A DNA stretch of 64,000 bases. Origin: Candidatus Bathyarchaeota archaeon (GTDB lineage: Archaea > Thermoproteota > Bathyarchaeia > 40CM-2-53-6). The translations under genes were made by a program, and so were the position numbers. The notes below the pieces were generated by a model, which was given only the letters and a program-made list of their open reading frames with translations, was not told the origin of the DNA and searched no databases. Shown piece by piece: positions 57,698-64,000 of this stretch. The first letter of the stretch is position 1, and each line of letters opens with the position of its first letter. The stretch is from NCBI GenBank assembly GCA_005888735.1, contig VBBN01000027.1:10969-74968 (forward strand). The letters run 5' to 3'.

Positions 57698-58551
57698 CTG
57701 CCACAATCTTGGATGGCAAACTGGTCGCGGCCGAGGCCAAGAAACACGTCAAGGTCGAGGTTGAGAGGATGAAAGCCTCCGGGACAAACCCGCACCTCTC
57801 AACAGTCCTCGTCGGCGATGAACCGGCTTCCGCGTCCTATCTCAAATCGAAACACAAAGCATGTCAGGAGGCTGGGATCGGCAGCGAAAACCACCACCTG
57901 CCAGTGGAGACGACGCAGAAGGAATTGGAGAATCTCATCTTCAAGCTCAACGTGGACCCGAAGGTCAACGGCATACTCGTCCAGCTTCCCCTCCCAGGCC
58001 ATCTGGACGAGAACACGGTGATCGAGAGGATTGTTCCATACAAGGATGTTGACGGGTTGCATCCTATGAACGCTGGCAAGCTGGCGTCAGGTATTGAGGG
58101 TCTTGTTCCCTGCACGCCTAAAGGTATAGTCAAGCTGCTTGAACATTACAAGGTCCCGCTTAGAGGCCAGAGAGCCATGATTGTTAACAGGAGCACGCTT
58201 GTGGGTCGGCCTCTTGCCATGCTGTTTCTCAACAGGGACGCTACGGTTACGATGGCTCATTCGAAGACGCTGAATCTGCCGGAGGTGTCGCGGTCCGCGG
58301 ACATTCTTGTCAGCGCGGTGGGACGGTCGAATTTCCAGGTCGAGGCTAAGCATGTTAAGCCTGGAGCCGCGGTGGTTGATGTTGGCTTGTCGCGTGTTGA
58401 TGGGAAGCTTCGGGGCGATGTGGATTTTGGCGAGGTTAGCAAGGTTGCCAAGTATCTTACGCCTGTTCCGGGAGGAGTTGGACCGATGACGGTGGCAATG
58501 CTTCTAGAGAATACTGTTATGGCTGCGATGATTCAGTCGGGCAAGAATTGA
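57694..58551 (+). CDS. folD: Methylene-THF dehydrogenase/cyclohydrolase
   Basis: ILDGK, GILVQLPLP, KDVDG, PCTP, TPVPGGVGPMT. Confidence 0.96.
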   Translation: MTATILDGKLVAAEAKKHVKVEVERMKASGTNPHLSTVLVGDEPASASYLKSKHKACQEAGIGSENHHLPVETTQKELENLIFKLNVDPKVNGILVQLPLPGHLDENTVIERIVPYKDVDGLHPMNAGKLASGIEGLVPCTPKGIVKLLEHYKVPLRGQRAMIVNRSTLVGRPLAMLFLNRDATVTMAHSKTLNLPEVSRSADILVSAVGRSNFQVEAKHVKPGAAVVDVGLSRVDGKLRGDVDFGEVSKVAKYLTPVPGGVGPMTVAMLLENTVMAAMIQSGKN

Positions 58552-59132
58552 CAGAGTCTAACTTGGCGGTGGAGAAGAAGAAGCTTCGGGGGCGGATGCT
58601 GCACCAGCGGGACGCTTTGACTCCTGCTGAGATTCAACGCAAGAGCCTCCGGGTCGTCGGTAACGTGTTGACTCTTCCGGAGTTCCAGACTGCGAAGATT
58701 GTCGCGTGTTATGTGAACAAGGGGAGTGAGGTGGAGACGAAGCCGATTATCAGGAACGTACTCACCTCTTCAAAGAAGGTTCTTGTCCCAACGGTAACGG
58801 GGGAGCGGGACCTGGTCTTTTCCGAGTTGAGGAGTTTGGAGGAGCTTGTCCCGGGGACGTTTGGCATTCTGGAGCCACAGCCGGACTTGACGAGGCCTAG
58901 GTCTCTGGAGACTGTTGACCTCGCGTTTATTCCGGGTATCGTGTGGGATTCTCAGGGCTACCGGGTGGGCTGGGGGAAGGGCTACTTTGACGCGGTCTTG
59001 GAGAGGCTACCGAGCTGGGCGACCTCGATAGGCTTGACCTACGATCAACAGGTCGTCGAGCGTGTTCCAAGGGAAGAGTTTGATCTACCGGTCGACCTTA
59101 TCGTGACTGAGACCCGAGTGATTCGCCTGTGA
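58548..59132 (+). CDS. 5-formyltetrahydrofolate cyclo-ligase
   Basis: EVET, FGILEP, PG..WD..GYRVGWGKGYFD, DLPVDLIVTE. Confidence 0.93.
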   Translation: MTESNLAVEKKKLRGRMLHQRDALTPAEIQRKSLRVVGNVLTLPEFQTAKIVACYVNKGSEVETKPIIRNVLTSSKKVLVPTVTGERDLVFSELRSLEELVPGTFGILEPQPDLTRPRSLETVDLAFIPGIVWDSQGYRVGWGKGYFDAVLERLPSWATSIGLTYDQQVVERVPREEFDLPVDLIVTETRVIRL

Positions 59133-59560
59133 GGAGTGTTAGTATCCTGATGGGCTCCGAGAGTGACCGTGAGGTAGCGCGGAAGGCTGAGACGATTCTT
59201 GAGAAACTGGGAATCCCGTTTGAAACAAAAGTGATCAGCAGCCACCGCAACCACCGCGACCTCGACAAGTACATTGAGACAGCAAAGTCGGATGTTTTCA
59301 TCGCCATAGCTGGTCTAGCGGCAGCCCTCCCAGGCCACCTGGCCTCTTTGTCGACTAAACCGGTTATTGGCGTGCCTGTGTCGGGCAAGGTGAACCTTGA
59401 CTCGATTCTCGCCATGGTGCAACTTCCATCAGGTGTCCCCGTAGGGACCGTGGGCCTGGATAACGGGACGAACGCTGGGTTGCTAGCGGCAGAGATTCTG
59501 GCCATATCGGACTCGGAGATTGCCAAGAAACTGGCCAAGTACCGAAACGGCACATTGTGA
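59129..59560 (+). CDS. purE: N5-CAIR mutase / AIR carboxylase
   Basis: MGSESD, SSHR, AGLAAALPG, PVIGVP, QLPSGVPVGTV. Confidence 0.94.
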   Translation: MRSVSILMGSESDREVARKAETILEKLGIPFETKVISSHRNHRDLDKYIETAKSDVFIAIAGLAAALPGHLASLSTKPVIGVPVSGKVNLDSILAMVQLPSGVPVGTVGLDNGTNAGLLAAEILAISDSEIAKKLAKYRNGTL

Positions 59561-59884
59561 GGCAAGCCGGTCGGTAGATCTCAAACGCATCCTTTTTCCC
59601 TTTCATCAATCGCCAATATTCTCTGCCCATGTTCTTTGATTTACAAACATTTCTCAGAGCTCATCTCTCGAACAGTAGAGTTGTCGATAAGAAGGAACAG
59701 CAGCGGCGGTGGAATGTTCAGAGCGACCTCAGGAACATCACCCTGATCTACGAGCTTCACCTCCTTCTCCACCCTCGGAGGCGCGTGTTTGGGCTCTCTA
59801 CTGCGAGCATTATTCACGATACGAAAAGCAAGACCTTGCGACCGTCCTTCTGACACCAAAATTCACTGAGCGCGTTTTGATTCC

Positions 59885-60178
59885 TCATCCGACATCCCCC
59901 TTCCTTTCCGCAAGATGAGAGACGCAGCAGTAGCACTCGACCGTTTGGGCGAGCCGTCCCCTCTTCGAGACCTCTTCGTAGTAGGCCATCCCGGGAGCAA
60001 CAGAATCCTCCATGACAACCCGCGAAACACCGAGCTTTCCCCGAGGCATTATCGTCAACGCACTACTTGTGTGACGCGTCAGGCATTTTCTGCGATGAAC
60101 CCATGCGCCACACTTGTAACATTTCACCCATTGAGACTTGCTCTCCTCAGGCAGTGAGTTGAGGGTCCGTTGGGACAT
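59885..60178 (-). CDS. Small Cys-rich hypothetical protein
   Basis: CYKCG and CYCC pairs; ATG 60178. Confidence 0.5.
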   Translation of the reverse strand: MSQRTLNSLPEESKSQWVKCYKCGAWVHRRKCLTRHTSSALTIMPRGKLGVSRVVMEDSVAPGMAYYEEVSKRGRLAQTVECYCCVSHLAERKGDVG

Positions 60179-60237
60179 TTTCCGTCTGGACCTAACGGCC
60201 CGTAACACCTCGTGGTGAAAACGTGCAAGTCAGTGTC

Positions 60238-61482
60238 CTAACACGAACTTGGCCACGACGCAGTACTCTTGAGGTCCACGAATGCTATCGTCTGTCCTTG
60301 AGACTGTCCCCTGTACTCGTAATAGAAGCCAATGAAAGTAATCCAGTTGTTGTCCTGACCCATGGCCACCGAACCCACTCCATTTTGACTAGTGGCGCTG
60401 AACTTGAGGACGGCGTAGACTGCAGGGCCGTTCGGGTTGGCGGCCGGAAGCACGTAAGGGTTCGTCGTCTCATTGTACGCGACAACAGTGTTAGGGTTAA
60501 GTGTTGAGGGATCGTCAATCCAGACTCTGACCAACACTCCGAACCCGTTCGCAGTGTAAGGCTGCATCTGCATCATGGTCGGCGATCTTAACTTGACACT
60601 GCTATCCGTCGCAATGTTCGAGGCCCTTATCCAGAACACCAAGCTGCTGGTTGAAGGAACACAAAACGCCGATTGAGATGCTGTCTGTGACCCCTGGGTG
60701 AAGTTGAACGATTTGAAGTCCAGGAATATCGCGAGAGGACCAACACTTGCCACAAACCCACCGTTTCCACTACTTGGCGGGGTCAGGGGCCATGGGAAGT
60801 AGAACCCATACGCTCTCCCGTTCGCCGACGTGAGCCCCACCTTGTAGCCGCTTCCATCATTAATCGTCAAACCGTTCACTTTGATCATATGACGGGAATC
60901 CGTAGTCTTCACAATTTGGTTGGAAATCCCCGGGTTGCTGGTGCCGGTGAGGATGCAAGGATTGCTGATAGGACACTGGACGGACCCCGTCGGCGAGATG
61001 TTCGTAATCGTAACCTGGGTTATGTTGACCGGGACCGCGCCCGTGTTTGTCACGTTTATGTCGAATCCTTGGACCGTGAAATTCAGAGCTCCGGGCTGGT
61101 TGACCACCAGACTTTCAGAAAGGGACTGCTGAAGCAGAGAGATCTTGGTCTGCAAACTTGCGATCTGGGCACTCGTCTGCGCACTCAGACTTGTAAGTTG
61201 GTTAAGGGTTGATTGGAGTTGAGAGAGTTGAGCATTAAGCCCTAATATCTGCTGGTTATCAAGGTTGGAGTTCTGATCGATTTCAGTCTGGAGCCGCGTT
61301 ATGTTCGCGTTTAGCATCGTAATCTGGCCGTTGAGAACCGAGAGCTGGTTGTTGAGGGTCGACAGCTGATTCCTTAGCTGTGTCAGTTGCGTCTCGTAGT
61401 AGTAGAAGCTCGCTCCGGCCGAGGTGGGAAAGGCAGCAAGTAGAATGAGAAATGCGGCTTTTGATGTGACTAGCGACGACGT
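60238..61482 (-). CDS. Membrane-anchored surface protein with coiled-coil stalk and beta domains
   Basis: Frame extends from track start 61317 to 61482 and adds a hydrophobic anchor (AAFLILLAAF..FYYY). Q/N/L heptads, INVTNTGAVPVNI, many NxS/T sequons. Confidence 0.75.
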   Translation of the reverse strand, partial: TSSLVTSKAAFLILLAAFPTSAGASFYYYETQLTQLRNQLSTLNNQLSVLNGQITMLNANITRLQTEIDQNSNLDNQQILGLNAQLSQLQSTLNQLTSLSAQTSAQIASLQTKISLLQQSLSESLVVNQPGALNFTVQGFDINVTNTGAVPVNITQVTITNISPTGSVQCPISNPCILTGTSNPGISNQIVKTTDSRHMIKVNGLTINDGSGYKVGLTSANGRAYGFYFPWPLTPPSSGNGGFVASVGPLAIFLDFKSFNFTQGSQTASQSAFCVPSTSSLVFWIRASNIATDSSVKLRSPTMMQMQPYTANGFGVLVRVWIDDPSTLNPNTVVAYNETTNPYVLPAANPNGPAVYAVLKFSATSQNGVGSVAMGQDNNWITFIGFYYEYRGQSQGQTIAFVDLKSTASWPSSC

Positions 61483-61687
61483 TTATCTGCTCCGGCGTAT
61501 CTGCCGCTTCCGGCAGGCCGTGTCTTAGCTTTCACGTAACCTGTTGTTCATCTTAGGAGATACCAAGATGTTCTAGGCCATTGGCTGCTTCAGGTGCCAC
61601 GTATCGCTGAAGGATTGCTCATGAAAATCAAGAATAGAAATTCTTAATTACTCAATTCCCCCGAGACCCGCTTGGCGATTTCTAGAA

Positions 61688-62779
61688 ATGGCAACCGCTT
61701 CTATAGCCAAGAAAGTCATCAAGGAAACCCTACAGGTCAGAGAAGACGAGCAGGTCTTGATACAGACCTGGGACCACACACTGGACCTTTCCAACGCCCT
61801 AGCATTCGAAACCTACCAGGCCGGAGCAATACCCCTAGTGACCCTCAGCACTGATGAACTCTACCTAAACTACGTCACCAACGTGCCAGAGGAATACTAT
61901 GGAAAACAGCCCAAAGCCTTCCTATCACTACTAGACAAAGTGGATGCTCAAGTCTTGCTCTTCGGACCCAGAGACCCGAAGATTCTCAAAGCCGCTCCGG
62001 GAGAGAGGATGGCCAAGAGCTTCGAGTCCGAAAAACCCATCATGGAAAAAATCCATGACCGTAAGATCCGAACAGCCCTTCTCCCAATCGGATACATAAC
62101 ACCCGAGCGGGCCCAGACCTACGGCTTCGACCTGGCCAGCTGGCGGAAGAACTTCGACGAGAGCCTCGACGCAGACATGAAGAAAGTGTCAGAGCTGGGC
62201 AAGAAGGTAGGCCTGAAAATGCAGAACGCGAAAAACCTCCATGTCACAGACGACAACGGCACCGACCTAACCTTCTCTATCAGCGACAGACCCGTTCTGG
62301 TCCGAGACGGCATCATCGACCAAGAAGACATTTCCAAGGGAAACTACACCGAGAGCCTCCCCTCGGGAACAGTCACAATCGCACCGGTCGAGACCAGCGC
62401 TCAAGGCACAGTGGCCTTCGACAGGGCCACGGCCTTCATGGGCAAAATGGTGAAGGGCCTGAGGCTCATCTTTCAAAACGGCAAACTCTCCTCTTTCGAC
62501 GGTAAAGACAACCTAGATGCCTTCGCCAACATGTACAAGGGCGCAACAGGAGACAAAGACAGAATCGGCCTCTTCTCCATAGGCCTCAACCCCAACGGCA
62601 CGTACATGGGCATAAACACCGACGAGCTGGTTCAGGGCGGAGTGACCATCGGAATAGGCTACAACAAGGAAATCGGAGGAGACAACGATACAGCGTTTGG
62701 CTACGCGCAGGCGCTAACCAAGGCCACCGTCAAGGTAGACGGAAAGCCCCTAGTCTCTGAAGGCAAGATCCTGATCTAG
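61688..62779 (+). CDS. Aminopeptidase, M29 (AmpS-like) family
   Basis: GTDLTF, LPSG, IGLFSIGLNP, IGIG, VDGK..EG. Several usual metal-ligand positions look substituted. Confidence 0.8.
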   Translation: MATASIAKKVIKETLQVREDEQVLIQTWDHTLDLSNALAFETYQAGAIPLVTLSTDELYLNYVTNVPEEYYGKQPKAFLSLLDKVDAQVLLFGPRDPKILKAAPGERMAKSFESEKPIMEKIHDRKIRTALLPIGYITPERAQTYGFDLASWRKNFDESLDADMKKVSELGKKVGLKMQNAKNLHVTDDNGTDLTFSISDRPVLVRDGIIDQEDISKGNYTESLPSGTVTIAPVETSAQGTVAFDRATAFMGKMVKGLRLIFQNGKLSSFDGKDNLDAFANMYKGATGDKDRIGLFSIGLNPNGTYMGINTDELVQGGVTIGIGYNKEIGGDNDTAFGYAQALTKATVKVDGKPLVSEGKILI

Positions 62780-62787
62780 CCCTCGAC

Positions 62788-64000
62788 CTAAACTTCCACT
62801 TTTCTTCGGGTCCTCAGGATTCCTCCAGGCCCTCTCCACGACGCGAACGCGAGCAGACCGACGATTCCCACAAGAGCCAGGCCTGTAACAGTAGTCCTCG
62901 GAGACTGACTCGGAGGCCATGGGGGCTTGACTTCGAAGGATCCGAGAGCTGTAGCGTTCTCTCCGTTCAAACTGGCGGAGGCAACGATTGCATACGTGCC
63001 CGTAGAGCTGGTTCGGGGCAGAGTGTAGGTTGCCTTGTAGGTCCCGGTAGACACTGACGCCGCGTTCAGGGTCACGCTCGTCCCGTCGGGCCGGATAAGC
63101 TGCAATTGTACAGTAGATGCTACAGGAGAACCGTTCTGAACTGTGTTAACATAGATGACAACCGTATCGGTTGGGAAATAGATGGGCCCGGTTGACACGC
63201 TGATGCTCAGAGCGGTTGGAGCACTGGGCTCCGGCAAGAAGGTGAAATCCGTCTGAACGTCTATACTCAATGGGAACTGATCGACAGCGTGGATATGGTG
63301 CAGCTTCGTCGGGTCCGCGTGTGGAATGTTGAAGGTGAAGTCGAAGCTGCTGTTCGTCAGGAAGACGAAGCCGATGAACTGGTCGTCGAAGGTTATCTCG
63401 ACCTGTACCGGGAAGCCGAATGGTGGCTGCGCACCGGGGAAGCCTGAACCGTGAACCGTAACCAGTGATCCCAGCGTTCCACTTGAAGGACTAACTGTCA
63501 GGGTGGGAGGTGCTAGAACTCTAAGCGGAACCTGCACAATGTGGACCAGTGTTCCCGAGGTTCCGGTAATCGTGATGGTGTAGTTGCCCGGAGGAGTTGA
63601 TGTTGTCGTGGACGTTGTAAGAGTTGAGAAGGATTGGCCGGGTGGGATGAGGCTAATCTGTGTCGGGTTGAACGAGGGGTTGGGTCCGTTGGGGACCGAG
63701 GGTGATATCTGAGCTGTCAACGTGACTGTTCCGTTGAAGAAGGCTCCAAACGGCGTGCTCATCAACGTCACTCCTATGGTCGAGGATTGTCCGGCAAAAA
63801 TCGATGTACTCGAGGTTGAGAGCGAGAGAAGGAGGTTGAAATCGGTAGGCGGCGGAATGACTTCTAGCCTCACGATTAGAGAGTGAGACACGCCCCCACT
63901 CGTCCCGGTGACGTTGACCTCGTAACTGCCTGGTGCTGCTCCAGCATTAGACACGAGCAAAGTAGCATTGGCCACAGAGCCCGATGTCAGACCTACCATG
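62788..64000 (-). CDS. Large cell-surface protein with Ig-like repeats and C-terminal TM anchor (partial)
   Basis: Repeated PGxYxxxxTGTSG..H motifs, S/T/P-rich, C-terminal TM plus basic tail; start lies outside the window. Confidence 0.8.
   Translation of the reverse strand, partial: MVGLTSGSVANATLLVSNAGAAPGSYEVNVTGTSGGVSHSLIVRLEVIPPPTDFNLLLSLSTSSTSIFAGQSSTIGVTLMSTPFGAFFNGTVTLTAQISPSVPNGPNPSFNPTQISLIPPGQSFSTLTTSTTTSTPPGNYTITITGTSGTLVHIVQVPLRVLAPPTLTVSPSSGTLGSLVTVHGSGFPGAQPPFGFPVQVEITFDDQFIGFVFLTNSSFDFTFNIPHADPTKLHHIHAVDQFPLSIDVQTDFTFLPEPSAPTALSISVSTGPIYFPTDTVVIYVNTVQNGSPVASTVQLQLIRPDGTSVTLNAASVSTGTYKATYTLPRTSSTGTYAIVASASLNGENATALGSFEVKPPWPPSQSPRTTVTGLALVGIVGLLAFASWRGPGGILRTRRKVEV

Noticed and set aside
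1-64000. CRISPR array, rRNA, tRNA, transposase or integrase
   Set aside because: No regularly spaced 25-40-bp repeats, no cloverleaf with a T-loop in intergenic space, and no DDE or tyrosine-recombinase motifs seen. By-eye scan only.

Overview
Archaeal chromosomal segment with moderately high GC. Archaeal markers are rpl10e/uL16, Dph2, METTL5, a PAC2 proteasome chaperone and UPF0146. TATA-like boxes and very frequent TTG/GTG starts fit a TACK archaeon, most plausibly Bathyarchaeia (inference). Housekeeping content: an Mre11/Rad50-like pair, dph2, rpl10e, ppsA, coaBC, and two purine clusters (purC-purM; purF-purD-purN-folD-5-formyl-THF cyclo-ligase-purE). These are interleaved with transporters and accessory patches (about 15.7-25.7 kb, 43.5-52.9 kb, 59.6-61.5 kb) that hold several frameshifted genes. 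No rRNA, tRNA, CRISPR array, integrase or transposase was seen. Best leads: (1) a Cys/His-rich Bat-type regulator and an unannotated 28-aa desulforedoxin-like mini-protein share a 14-bp palindrome placed just upstream of both TATA-like boxes; (2) a Rad50-like ATPase has no cysteine and carries a transmembrane hairpin where the zinc hook should be; (3) a family of degenerate dispersed non-coding elements (16.6, 18.5, 34.2, 43.5 kb) shares homologous blocks; (4) a low-GC endonuclease VII plus MazG-like cassette sits between purF and purD; (5) a diverged copy of the PHP gene 3' end brackets a 4.6-kb block; (6) structured leaders precede rpl10e, purC and a cation/H+ antiporter; (7) several genes appear to start at CTG. 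All family assignments come from motif recognition by eye, not database searches.
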